64,000 nt of DNA, from NCBI GenBank assembly GCA_000934665.2, contig KZ538473.1, positions 1 to 64,000 on the forward strand, written 5' to 3'. The translations under genes and the position numbers were made by a program. This DNA is from Catajapyx aquilonaris (Eukaryota). The notes under the pieces were generated by a model. It had not been told where the DNA came from. It made no database searches and saw only the letters and a list, made by a program, of their open reading frames with translations. Below, in pieces: positions 22,048 through 35,841 of the stretch; within the stretch, counting starts at the first letter, position 1; the number at the start of each line of letters is the position of its first letter.

Positions 22048-25000
22048 AAGCCACACAGATACACAAATATACACCAGATACACGAAGTGGCCTCTGGCTC
22101 TGGGAGTGTTGTGGTTTTGGAACATCACGTGTATAATAAAGTATATGTATAACTTAATAAGTGTGTAATAAAAATGGCTCCAAGTTACGTAAATATGCTA
22201 GGGTTTCAGGGCGATCCACTTAGTCTGAGACTTTCTGTACTTCCAAGATTCAACGCCTGCAGGGGCCTCTTGCACCAGGTAGGTCTGTCAGTTAGGCTAA
22301 TGATAGTCTATCACTAAATATTTAAGTTTTTTCTGTGCGATAATGCATTCATTTCATATTGATACTTGAGACCAGAATAACCGTTTCTAATGTGTAATAA
22401 AAAACTACTGTATCTTTCGAGGATTTCGTTAAGCTTCGTCCTTGTCGTAGCTTCGGATATCGATGCTTCGATTTTCCATTCCGCGGAAATAAAGCCTCAA
22501 AAGAAGGGGTACGTCGAAATGAGGAGGTTTAACTATTGATAGTTAGGATCTAATTTGCCGAAGTCGGGTAGTTAGCGTAACTGGAGAGTTGAGTCATTGT
22601 TGGAGCTAACTGCAGCTCATGCAACACTTTCCATTGCTAACAATGGTTTCCATGGAGCCTATTAAAAATCTAACTGGCAAACCAGCTATCACCCACAGAT
22701 GCGTAGATTACAGGCTATATACACACGTGATTTAGGTGACCAATTAAACAGCCTGCCCTATACTAACATATCGGGAAAATAATATTAGCGCGCCGAAATT
22801 TAATTGAGCAGCTTTGACAGCTAATTCCAGTAGGCAGCTACATTATTCAGTAACACAATCAGTTAAGAGTAGATGATTGATTTATGATCGTGCAGCACGC
22901 CCAGGTATTCTTCAGTACTGTTACTCTAGTGGCACTCCAAATCTAAATGGGATTGTACATGTAGTACTAGGATGACAGTTGACGATGTAATTCCGCCAGT
23001 CCAATTTATATTGACTTCCCTCGGGGCATGAATCCAAACACAGCGAGTTAAACGGAGAGCACTGCGATTATGTCACACTGTCGACGAATCGCCCAATGGG
23101 TCACCTGGCGTAAACCACGAGTCACACTCCAGCCAGGGTTTCCTTGGAGTCATCTACAAGAACGAAGACGTTTTATCATTGTACGTATCATTTCCAGTGC
23201 CCGTTAATTCCTTCCTTCCGGCTCTCCAAGGCACTGAATAATTCATGTGCAACCCTCATTTGCATCTGGTATCAAGTGCAACACTCGTCTTTTACCCTGT
23301 GCGATGCAAATGAAGCTTCTCATACTCATTCAAATATGCTACAGTCACCGCACTCTTCTATTGCGTGCCATCATTTGGCACCATGCACTACAGTATGTAC
23401 TCATCTATACCATAAAAAGTCATATAAATAAAAAAAATGGGCAAACTTCCAGCCGTGAGTGATATTACGTATAGAATATATGCTCTTCCAAGCATGACCA
23501 ACATAATAGGCTACTTATGCATCCGTAGAAAACCTCATCATTTCACGCCTTTGTGGTTCACCTTTGCAGGTGTTGCAGTTACATTTGAATGGATCGCATC
23601 CGTATACAGCATGGCTACCAGAAAAAAGCCATCAAACATCGGTTCGTGCCATGATAGGGGCTGCTGGACATCCGTGTAGTGATGGGAAAACTCAAGCGTA
23701 ACTCCATTTTGGTCGACACAAAAAAACAGCGCTTGCGATCTGAATGTATAACAGCGGCGCTTAAACTTGCTCTCGACCTAGCACCCAAAAAAATGGATCA
23801 ATAGAGCCGAATATGCGGGCATTGTGCACATGGGGTCACAAACAAAATCCTAGCCTGGATGTCAACCACACCTTATTGGTCCGCATAACTCGGCTGGCTG
23901 CAAGATGCGCATAAAATAACACTGATCTTAGTTTGCTGTAAGTGTAGCTCAACAACCGCACGCCTCTCATTGTTCAAAGCCTGGTATTGTCTCCTAAACG
24001 GAGGTGCGGTTTTGCAAATGCATTCGGAGCCTTAGGCTCTTGCCTATAAATTCTCTCAAGTGCTCTTTCGCTGTATGAGACAATCGCTCTGGTCCCCCTC
24101 TCCCCCTCTCCTCATCCCTCCCCTTCCTTTGACAATAAGACATTATTTCCTTCAAGTGGCAAAGACCATTGTGAATCTCTCCTGCTTGCTCATATTATTA
24201 TGAACCCACCTTCAGTGCCAAGGTGAAATCTCATTATTTCAACAGGTTTCCAGTAGCCGGTTTGAAGAAGGGTAATTATTATGGGCTCGGGATTGGGATG
24301 AATACATTACGTGCAAAATTCATCAGTAACGCTTGTCTGCATCATCCGGGAGTCAACTTATTTACCACCGTTGGCAATAACTGTTGTTTACAGTTGTGTA
24401 GGCGCTAGATACTTGCTCCTGGGTTTATCTTGGCACAATCTGAGCTGTATATGGCAAAAGAGTGGGCTTCTCTCTGGTAGGTGAACTACCCTCCACATCT
24501 GATATCAAGACAGTTATGTCTCATTTCCACCCACTTCTGGTGAGTGAATTACGACTACAAGACATTCTTTTTATCCCAACCAATGTGACATCAAATTGCC
24601 AACAAGTGCACAAAAAGTGTTGATAACTTACTACTGCTTTGGCTTTTAAAAATAAAGCGCTTTTTTGTCAACTTGTTTAACCATGTGATGGCATGCAGTA
24701 AGCAACAGGAATAAGATATCGCTGATTGGTCGGTTTTACGGCTGTTATAAATAAATAATAAGCACGTGGCAGCAAGGAGCGACAGCTTGATATAACAGTG
24801 GCCTATCTGAATTGTTTGGCACCAGGAACTGTTTCTTGCCCGGGAGTTTCCCCCTCGGCTAGAAAAAATGGAACCTGTCAATCTACCCTAGTTCAGATAA
24901 GCTTCAGCTGTGTTTTTCCAAACATCCCTCCGAACCCTGCCAGCCTTCCCCACCATCGCATCGTAGGAAATGTTGGGCTGCTTAGAAAAATAAGCACGGG

Positions 25001-25789
25001 TCGGTTGCATCCTGTATTGTTGCCTGTCGTAGAGAACTGTAACTAATTTGTTCCTTGGTCCAAAGTGATAGGCGAGTCTTTCCTTGACAGAGTGACTATT
25101 TCATTAGATCCGTGTCACAATTTTTTGTGAGATAAAAACAAAAAGGAGAATATGGTACACAACTATGCTGTTTTGTTTTAGTCACAGAAGATAATGAACT
25201 CGGACGTTTCTCGTCTATTGGTTTAACGGTGAAAATGCTCGCCAGGTGAGTCCGGCGAGTGACGTCAGAGTCTGTGCCCAAAAAGAAACAGCAGGCAGTA
25301 TCTATCCTATGACAGGCCTAGTATAGAGAAGTCCTTTGTCAATATAGAGGCGGAATTTTTCACCGTTGCTTCACGGCTTTTAACGGAACAATCAGGTGGA
25401 ACCGAGTGGAACTGAGAACTCGCAAGTGAGAATATTCTCACCCCGACACTGCGTAAGGCCCTTGGACTGCCTCGAATTCGACGTAGCATTATTACGAAGT
25501 GTGCATAAATCTGCATATTACATCTCATTCGTAGAGATATGTGGGAAATAGGTGAGGGAGAGAACGTATAGTGCATGCATTCCGTAGAAATGTAGATTAT
25601 AAATAATTATGATGGGACAAACGAATGAAACAAAATATTCCTCATAGCTGCAAGAAAATATGATCAGAAGTTACTCGCTAGATGCACCATATGCACCAAA
25701 ATGAATAACTTGCATTTCTCCAGGTAAAAATGCTAGGCTACTAATTAAGGTGAAAATGTCTCTAACACTGTTTTCCTATATACTGTATT

Positions 25790-26139
25790 TTTATTATTAT
25801 TATTATGTACCCCGTTGTGGGCCTAAGCCCTATAGGGGGGTGGCTCACCACCATCAGTTTTCTATGTGTATTACACTTTTCTTCATACACCGGTGCAAGG
25901 AGTCAAGGATGTCGGGTAGGGGAAGGGATTTTTGGGGAGGGAACGTAGGTGCAAGTGCAATGTCTACAACTGGGTCATGTGCTGTCCCCCAGGAGGTTAG
26001 GTTGCCAGACACCTCTTTGGTGCAGGTCAGAGACCCTCCTGACGCAGGCGAAAGGAAAGTTCCCCAGGCGGGGATCGAACCTGGGGCCTTTCGCTCAGCA
26101 AGCCGTGACGTTACCATCACGGCCACCACACCTCCCCGA
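25790..26139 (-). mobile_element. tRNA-derived SINE, family A copy 3
   Basis: Same head and body as copies 1 and 2; (TAA)n tail; 13-bp TSD TATATACTGTATT (25777-25789, 26140-26152). Confidence 0.93.
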
Positions 26140-29100
26140 TATATACTGTATTAAAGCACAGATACAAGGTAGTTTAGGTAACCCAAAATGACGCCAAAAG
26201 AAATAAAGAGTCCAGCATAGACCGAACCGCGTCAGCAATACTGTATTTTTTTTAAATTTACCCCGTGATGACCTGACAATACTGTATTACAATATACTAT
26301 ACTTTAGGCTGCAGGATGTCATTGGAGACGTCCTAGGTTCTACTCCCGGTTCCGATCGTTTTCATTTCTTTTTTGTATGCTTCTGCCGCGGCCATGCAGA
26401 GACAATTTTGGGAGAGTTTCTTTTTCTGAATGGCCGCAGCCTCGCCTGTTTCTCTTTTTGTCATTTTCTCCTTTTTCCCTGAATGTGTCTTACAAATTTG
26501 GACACCCCTTCAATTTCTGTTGTCCCAGTGCAAGGACAACACTGGGTTTCAATCAGGTGTGGAGGTGTTATTGGCTCTTAGAAACCATACCCTTGCACAA
26601 TAACAACAACAGTAACGATATTTCTTCACAGCCAGTAGCGTATTACGTGAGCATATACCTTAAGGGACTTGCACATTCAAGCACAGTTTTGTGAAGTGCA
26701 TTTTTAACACTCGATATGCCTTTTTTTGGCAGAGTCTACGCGAATGAGGGCTGCAATTGATAGCACAGAGACATCAGCTTGTTAAGAAGCTGCGTATATT
26801 TCTCTCTTGTTTATACTGCATAATTATTTTGTAGCGTATTAATTGGAAGAGTACGAGAGTATAGTCTTTAAAACAGAAATATAATGCAACAACATTGATC
26901 CAGCCCAAATGAAAATTTTCCTGATAAAATGTAGTGATATGGGGGGCACTGAAACTGCTATCTTTTCCCAAATTTGTATCAGCGTTGTTGCTTGAATGAG
27001 GATAATGACTGTGTGGAATATCGGTTACAAGAGTTTAAACCAGCTTGCCTAGTAGGTAGCCTACGAAAAATTAAAACTCATCCTATACGCACAAACTGAA
27101 TGAAACTATTTTTGCAAAATTATATATACTCGTATCAAGGTAATAATTAATTAATTTCAAATATTTTACGCCACATGGTTCAGTGTCGGCAGTGTAATAA
27201 CATATATAATATATATACACAACAAATACAATATTATTTTTGCAGTGTTTATACACTTTTTGATGCAAACAAATTAGCTATTAGTATGATTGTTTGTTTG
27301 GGAAATAACTAAAGCAACTACTGTAGTTATCTGGCTGTTTGGCACGCATCAGCCTCGCGTCCAAAATTTAGCAGGGTACCGTATGTAAAACACGGTATTG
27401 TATAATGATGCATAATGACGACATAATCATGCAACTCCTGAGCAAAGCTAAACCTCTTCAGTGTAAAAAACTATTTTTCGCTGTTCCTGATACAAACTAC
27501 TTCATAGCTTATAATTATTATATAACTTCTCTAAGACTGACAAAAATACGGGAATTTAACGCTAACAAGGTACCACTTTTAATTAATTATTATCTATCTA
27601 TACACAATTCGTAAGGAAACTTCTCTAGACAGTGGTAAACTCTTTTAGACCCTATACAAAAAATATTTTTATTTGTGTCTTTAAAAACATAAAATAAAAT
27701 AAGGCCGTAGATTTGGATTCCTTTAACCCCTTTACGAGCACTAGCATGTTGTAAGATACAAGTAGTATATAGGTTGCATTATGGGATTTCTCTTTTGTTG
27801 TAACATATAGGTTCAACTGCAATATGTTCGTTTTTTAAATAAGGCTTCCTGCCTACTGCACTATGCCATGAACTGGTGTATGTCTATGCATCAATTTCAT
27901 ACAAAATTGAACCAACTAACCTACCAGATCTCCCTAGTTCAAATATTCAAAAGAATAATAATCAGCGTATAGTGTGTTAGTCAAACAGGAATGCATTAAA
28001 TTATCGATAATGTTGGTATGTATTTTTTATGGGTGATATACCGGTACTGTACGAGAGCTGGAAAAGGAACAGTACACAGCCATAAAGCTCTGAAGACCTA
28101 CAGTATGTTGCAATGGAGCATATATGAAAGCAAAGATGACTTTCCCTAGTATTTAGTGATATTTTGGGAAAAGGAGTATTATCCAACATTTACCTCCGTC
28201 CCCTCGTAGAGCTAGACCAGTGGCTAGTATATAGACCCTCCCAAAGAGAGGGAAGAGCGCGAGGATCGGGAATAAGGGAGAGGAGCTATATACGAGTATA
28301 CGTGTCGATAAGCTACAGGCTGGCCCATGGGCTGGCCGATCCATCCGTGTGTGGTTGGGATAATATAGGAGAACCAACTTCATAGCCATGGTGAAACAGT
28401 GGAAGTAATTTTTGTTAGAGAAGTTTACTTTTCCATGAATGCGTCATGTGTGTACAGCACCACGTTTTTAACTGAATTTTTGCAGTGTTTTTTACCAGTC
28501 AAAATGGGAATAAAAGGTAATCGAAAAAACCAGACTGTTGTGGACTATCTTGAGAATGGCTTTCAGATCGGGACAAGAAATCACGGCAACTACTTCCACG
28601 TGACGCATTCTAGGACTGTATGTCATTACCTTCATAAATGCATTTTGAGTACATTGTTTTCTGTTTATCTCCATGAAAATTGCATAGCTTAATGACAAAG
28701 TTGCTAAATTTTTACAGCATTTACGAAAACTGCACAAAGATTTAAAAGACCTACGCTAATGCACAATATGCAGTAAAATAATTAATAATAAACATAACTA
28801 AAATATTTAGCCTTCTACAGTAATACTTATGAGATGGCATTCAAACATCAACAGGAAGTATCTCAAAGAGCCACAATATTATTGTATAGTCCATATACTG
28901 CATCCATACACTCTACTTAGACGTCCACTTTTTGCACGAGCTTGCTCATCATTAAGCAGTTATATTTAGGAGTCACCATAATATTACCCACTAATAAGTT
29001 TATTAGCTGGAATAAAGCAAAGTGTAAGCGTGGAATTTACAAAAAATAAAGTGCTTTTGGGTCAAAATTAATTTCGATTCAGTGCCTGAAGGAATGGTAA

Positions 29101-29160
29101 ATCTGCTGTATTATAAGACACGGTATACTATATTTAGGGTTGACCATAATGTATCTAATT

Positions 29161-29409
29161 GAAGGGGTCGGTGCAATACCGCCCTAACCCACCAAATGAC
29201 ACAAATTGAGTTAAGCACACTTCTATGTACTACACTCATGTATCTAATAAAATCCATTGAAATTGTGCAGTTTCTGCTATCGGTCACTGAGAAATCAAAT
29301 GAAATAAGTCACATGGTATATGGGATGTATATGGCCTCTCAAACTTTCAACTGCAGTTTTCTCAAAATCAGGTTTGGGAGGGTTAGGGCAGTATTGCACC
29401 GACCCCTTC
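29161..29409. mobile_element. 249-bp MITE with 4-bp AATT flanks (Sola-like)
   Basis: 30-bp TIR GAAGGGGTCGGTGCAATAC(C/T)GCCCTAACCC with 1 mismatch; AATT on both sides. Superfamily inferred from the 4-bp AWWT TSD. Confidence 0.85.
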
Positions 29410-30099
29410 AATTATAAAAGAACTGTTTTTAATCTTTTACTGCAATGTACTCTTCTCTTGGAACAACAGTAGCCTACCCGCAGAATGTTTTTTTTCTAGC
29501 TATAGGCATGAAAACGCTATAGTGTGCAAACACAAAAATGTAAAACCCAAGAGGGCAAGACTATATGGAGCAACCATGTCATTATCAGAGAATCATTATA
29601 CGCAAATTCAACCACACTATTCATGCGGAAGATAAATCCAAGTCAATTAAGTTATCCTTGACACTTGGGATTCTTGCAGACCTCGCAACACTTGACACTC
29701 GTACTACCTTGATTATTATACAAGAATGTTGCATGGCATTAGATCGGTGACACTGAACATTTTTAGAGCGTAATTTAGTATTCTAATTTCTAGGAGCAAG
29801 AAATTTTGATGGATGTGCTCGTGTCAAAATACTAATTGGATTAGTCAAATAAAACTACTACAAGGTGAAGGTTTTTTTCCCCCGTAACTTTCTCATTGGC
29901 GAACTGATTATATTGCTGGGGAAGATAATTTCTTCTCCTGAACTGGCGGGCAGGTACTGTACTCATATAGCAGAAAGCAAAGATCCAGAAGCAGGAGGGC
30001 CAAGTAGGTGAATTGGGCTGGGCCATAACATTTTTGGAGATTGGGCGCAGATATAGAGTTAGGGGAGGAATCATTAGTGGGTTAGTGCGGTGCTGGAGA

Positions 30100-30300
30100 T
30101 TTAGCAGTGGCGCGCGGGGGTTGTGGGGAGTGGTAGGGTGTGGAGAGGTAGGCGGGTGGCAGCAGGCAAGTAGCGCCACGGGCCAGCCAGCGGCAGCAGT
30201 CGCGGCCGATTGATTCGCTGCCGCCGGCTCCACTCGGTGCGGGGCGCCCTTATTTAAGCGCTCTACCTTGCCGCTCTCTGGCAGCTTTCCCAGCACAGGC
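30100..30300 (+). promoter_or_regulatory. GC/CpG-rich promoter-like region with TATA-like TATTTAA
   Basis: Sharp rise in GC and CpG; TATTTAAG at 30251, upstream of a UTR-like stretch and the signal-peptide exon; alternative Inr-like TCAGT near 30682. Confidence 0.5.
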
Positions 30301-30788
30301 TCGGCCTCCCTAGTGTGCGCCGCGTGGCACCCGGCAACACGTCCGACCCACCTACACATACGGACATAGGGAGGGCGGTACTCCGTCCGTCCATCCACCC
30401 CCCCTCACTCGCCCTACCTCACCCAACCAACCCATCCTCGGCAACCGGATCGTCCGTCGGTCGGATGGACCCGACCATTTGAACGTTGGGAGCTGGACAA
30501 GCAAGATGTGCTCTCTGATCCCGCACCGTGCCGTGTGTGAGTGTAGTGAGTGAGAGTGTGAGCTCGCCATGAAATGTGGCTTCTAGTCCCGACAGCTGAT
30601 TGTGGGGGTTGAAGATGAGCTGAAGACCTGCCAAAGGACAAGAGGATTTTCCTTTCTGTTTCTTCTTGGGTCTTCCTGTGTTCAGTGTTGGTGCGACTGC
30701 ATACCAAAGAACCGACGGTACAGTCGCATGTGACCAGTTGTTTGTGCGGATATTTGCTGGGCCGGTGTGGCTCGCGTGGCTATACTGC

Positions 30789-30942
30789 ATGAGAACCTTA
30801 CGGAAACGAGGGAGGGGATTCCCCCTGCCCTGCTGCCCGTTGACTCGACTGGTGCTGGTGCTGGCGCTCCTCTTCCTGCTGCCGATGGCACTATGGGCCG
30901 GATCGGGTCATTCCGAGCAGGTCACCGAGGTCGACAAACCGA
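30789..30942 (+). CDS. First coding exon of a secreted or membrane protein (signal peptide MRTLRKRGRGFPLPCCPLTRLVLVLALLFLLPMALWAGSGHS-EQVTEVDKP)
   Basis: ATG at 30789, basic n-region, Leu/Val-rich h-region, small-residue cleavage region, GC-rich codons, consensus donor GTAAGT at 30943 (phase 1), then a drop in GC content. Confidence 0.75.
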
Positions 30943-33900
30943 GTAAGTAGCAATCTTTTATTATACAACGTTCCGAATGATTTCTCCGGCCTTGTCGGGC
31001 TGGAACTGATCAAGTTTTGATGCGGGGCAGAATCTGAAGAGACCGCCGCGCCGGTCCCAGGGATGGCCGGAAGTCAAATCCGGTTTGGTGGCATAAATAT
31101 CTTGCGACCTTCTGCTATATACAATATTTAGACGACAAGAAACATTTTGAGCACAATCTATCTGTCAAAAAGGTTTTATCCAAATGTATCTTAGCGCTAT
31201 GCAACCAACAATACTCCGGTTAATATAGCGCCAAGATTCGCCTGACAGAAACTTTTCCTTTTGACAAATAGTAGCCTACCTTATACAGTATGTCAGTGGC
31301 AATAGTCGGGAATCGGAGTTTGACCCGTCCGATGAACTTTCGCACATGCGGTAGAGGGGTATATAAAGGACGGCTTTACCATGAATGAAGCCTGTAGGCA
31401 AAAAAAAATCATTCGCAGCTTTTCCAATGCATATAGTGGAATTTCCATAGGCAGCATGAAGTGAGGTCCATTTTACACAGAACTTGGTCCGAACAGTATA
31501 AAGTAGAAAATCCCCGTTTTCGGCAGTGTTAACATCACCTATTCTACGAGGAATACGAGCGAATAGTAAGTAGAAACAACCACAACCTAATTTCGCAAAT
31601 ATTTTATTGTCGGCATACTAAGCAGAATTTGTCTTGTTACCATCCGCTTACGAAATACCGGACCCTTTGGGCCCGCTTGTCCTTCAAGTCCCGGAGTAGG
31701 CAACTAATCTCAGCGCGTCAGTAATTATACGTCTGCCAGTCTGCCAGTGTTTTTTCCCCCTTCTTTTTTGGCAACATTTCTACTTGGTGTCCTGGGAAAT
31801 TTCTGTCATTTGCCTAAATCCCTAAAAGTTGAAACTCCTTATCGGGGAGGAAGGGCATCTCCTGAGAGAAAGGAAGGGTTACGTTAATATGAAATAAAGC
31901 ATTTGAGTGCCAAGACCGTGTGGTGGCGGCCGTCACTTCGTAGAAACATTAAATTACTTACTAAAAAGTCTTGGGTCGTCAATGAGGTCGGAACGGATCA
32001 AGACTGTGAGAGAGGAGTAGACAAGGGGCTTTGGCGACAGGTTCCGGCTGATGGAAGAAGAATATTCCCATGAAATTCAATGTAGAGTCAAATCGTGCAA
32101 AGCGAGGGTCTGGCTCTCTTTTATGCCAAAAAAACTGGGGACCGGATGTCTGCTTAATTTGTTAGGTGCGGACATTAGCGTACGTGTCAGTGACCACAAA
32201 TCCCAATCGAAACTGAAGTAGCGAGAGCGAACAGGCGCAATTTTTTTATTCAGAGAAGAAGCGGCCGATATTTTGGCCAGGCTTTCGTCACTAAATTAAC
32301 TTATGTGGGTATAGAGTGTGTGCTGTAGAACGTGTAGGCTAATATGGGAAGCGCAAGTTCTTTGAAGCGCCAGAAAAATAATCTTACGACTTAAAGAAAT
32401 TTAACTAATTAAGTACCAAAATCCGCAAATATTTCAGACCTTACTAGCTAAAGGTGTCCGAATTTAGCCTCGTGACTCTATGCTGAAAAATTGAGAGTTA
32501 AAAATTACACTCGCCCTATAGTCATCAACCATTCTCAAGGTTATATTTTGACACCGATCATTATCAACTCGAATTGCAATGGACTATGTGCAAACCGACC
32601 GTAAATTTTGAAGGAGAAAAAACTTTTCTTGCTCAAAAAAGTAGTGTTCACTAAAGGCATCAAAAGTTGCAGGTAAATCACGTGTGATTCGAAAACTCAA
32701 TTAGGATGTCCAGTCATATCCATCACTCTGAGCAGATATTATATTGTGTCGGAATTGTTTCTAGGCATGATATTTGAAATGCCAGATACACTCTTCCGAC
32801 CGTATGAGTGGCAATTCTGATCATAGCCTAAATATATTGCGGAGGAAAAGTGAGTTGTGCTAAGTGAGGGAAGATGAGGGGGGAATTGGTGTACCAATGC
32901 AGATAGTTACTGTATGGTGACATTCCGTGGGGGGAACTCGCGAGAGGAATGGTTACAACCCGATAAGGAAGCAATCGAAGGCAACATGCGGCTGGCTCGC
33001 TGGCTGCCTCTCTTGTTGCTTGACTCCCTGTGCCTTCTAGATCTGAGTCAAGATGGAGACAGATTTGCATAGCCTGGGCTTGCTCATTCTTCACTCCCTC
33101 CGAGCTCCAAGTGCAAACTGTCTTGTGCTGAGTCACAATGCGGCTCGAATCTATCTTAGCCAGTAAAGCATCGGGAGCAACAAAGAGCGGGCCATATGTA
33201 ACTCTGTGACGGGCAACTTGCAGTGGGCAGAAGCAATCGCGGGGCTAGGCTAGGTATACACCAGGGCAAGGTCAGTCTCTCTCTTTCTCTCGCAAGAGTG
33301 CAATTTTGCACACTCGGAACCTCGTAATTTACAAAAATAACCCCCCACCCACCTTTACATTTTGGTCGTAGACTCAGGTTGCGTGCCAAGGAGAGCACGA
33401 GCAACTCCGGGGCTTTAAAAAAGAAGGGGCAAAAATGGAGAGGGGCCGTGCAAATTCTCGCCTTTTGGACGTGCTAATTGCCGCCATTTAAAGGAACGGA
33501 GCGAGAAGATAATCGGCTGCAGCAACGGCGGCCCAAACATGCAAACCGACTCTGGCCCACCACTCGGATTACTGACCTCCATTCGAAATAGGCATAAAAT
33601 AATGCCACTTGTATTTTTGGACCGATACTCTTCCCCCCCCACTCGAGCAGTCAGGCACGATTTGGATAATGTTCCCAGCAAGTGCCTATAGGGTCCCGCC
33701 AACAAAGACATGCCCTCAAGACTCACATAATTAGACTTTTTACACGTGTAATTGCAGTGTCTGACCTTGCCTTGTCATTGTCATTGAAAATATTTTGTTT
33801 ACATCCTCCAGTAGGTTTGCTATGGACGTAGGCCGGTATGCAAATTGGGAGTGGGCAATGGGGACAATTTGGCGGTTTGTGTGGAGAAATATTGGGCTTT

Positions 33901-35360
33901 AGTTTCCCTCCTTGGACGCAGGTGTCGTTTTGCACGCGCCCCGTAACGGCATCGCAATTATTGTGACCTCCCGAGGGATTCCACCTTGTAGTCATTTGGC
34001 TCCTATAAGGCCGGCTGTGCAAAGCCTTCGGGCAAGGTACATTCTTCGTGACCAGAATAATGCAGTGTGGGTTGATGACTAAGTTGTATCCTGGTATCGT
34101 TGTCTTTCACATCCACATGACGTAACACCCAATTTTTTGTTCGGTTAGACGGTTTTCCACAACATTCCCCTGATGCTGAAAATCCCTGTAGAATATTGAC
34201 ACACATCAGGAGCCAGACTGGAGTGGTTGGGCAGGCGAAACAAGGTGTATACCTGATACATGTAGAAGCATGTGAACGTCTGATGCATTCGCGCTTCAAT
34301 CGATCATTGGGAGGTCTGTTCCATGCCCTGGGTTGGTGGAGGTACAATACAGTACGCGTGCACACGACCGTGCTTCCAACCGGTGTTATGAGCCTGTAAA
34401 TTCCTGCCAGGATTTTCCTTAACGAGTTGGCATTCCTCACGTTGCAGAGCTACGGCCACTGCACTAATGGGGGAAATGGATTTATTGTCCGCAGAATGTC
34501 AAGTGAGGCCGGATGCACACTTTGGTCTGGTGTCAGAATGTCATTCCCTGCGCCTCGGGTGGTCACTGCCGTTCATAACAGGCTCGTACAAAGTTGCTAC
34601 CATAGTTTGGATGCAGTTTCAGGACGAGAAATTCACGTGCCCAAGTTGTACGAGCCCAGGATAACTGGATACAAGTGTGCACTTGCCGAGTTGGGGTATA
34701 CTACACTCGTCTACAACTACATCCAGTAGAATGCGGAGATGAAGCTGAACGGACCGGAGGAGTGGGACATTCAGCGCATCGCACAAACGAATCCACATTT
34801 ATGTGACTGTCAATGCACGCTCGTTCTAACTTACACTAACAAGTTGTTGCGTGAGTTATATCAGAAATGCAGGCAGTAAGACTGCGTGTGGTATATAGCC
34901 TCCACTGTGCCGGTGAGTGCTGGCTCTGCACAAATGAAAATATTTGGATGGCTGAGCGTCAGTTTGGTGTTTGACCTCATACAGGCCTTTCTTCTGGTTG
35001 CTTCTAAAAGCCTGTGCAAAGTCTCCAAGTCACATGCGACAACAGTGGCCGATAATGGCGGCGCAGACCATCTGGACAGCTTCAGTCAGAGTGCCGTGTT
35101 TATTATTTTTCTTCGACATCTTTTACTGCTCGATTTTAAACCACCAAAATGTTTTAGCATAATAAATTCAGAAGACAGTAGCACTGGTACGCCTCTGGTT
35201 ACGCAAAAGCCGCCAGATTTGTCGCAATTTTATTTAGTGATAGAAAATGAATGCCTTTTGATCTGGCCACACTGATTAAAACAAGAGCAACTTGAACGAA
35301 ATATAGTAAAAGTTGAGCAGCAGCACACCATCCCACATAATTATTCTCGTTGGACAGGTT

Positions 35361-35841
35361 GGGGGGGGGGGGGGGGGGGGNNNNNGGGAGTATACCTCGG
35401 CGAGAGTCCCATGCACCCTTCCTAACCCCACCACCCATCTCCCTGGTGGAACCGGACTTCTCCCAGGATGCAATGAGCCAGCCCCATAAGTCGCAGTGTA
35501 TAAGCGGGTGTCACTGGTATTGGTAGGAGTAAGTGAATAACGTGCACTGCTTATTGGAAGAGCAAAGAAAATGTCAGCCCATGAACTTGCTGCGTAGTTT
35601 GGTCATATGATGTGCATAATCCCTGATAGTGTACGTATAGGTCTAGGTGGAAATGGTGAGTGGATAACCCCCGTATTTTTGCTTGATCGGCACATCTGCA
35701 CCTGAGCACCTTGATTCACGTACAAATGTGCTGGCGGGGAATCATCTCGGACAGCACAACTTATGACTTTAATATAGGAAGAATGAGACGTGACGTATGG
35801 CGATCTTCCCCCCCNNNNNNNNNNNNNNNNNNNNNNNNNNN
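35361..35841. other. G/C homopolymer runs with assembly gaps (N at 35381-35385 and 35815-35841)
   Basis: Directly visible; a single N also lies in a C-run at 19861. Confidence 0.95.

Noticed and set aside
22380..22500. Minus-strand peptide AEWKIEASISEATTRTKLNEILERY as a Crypton-like relic
   Set aside because: Too short and no flanking motifs.
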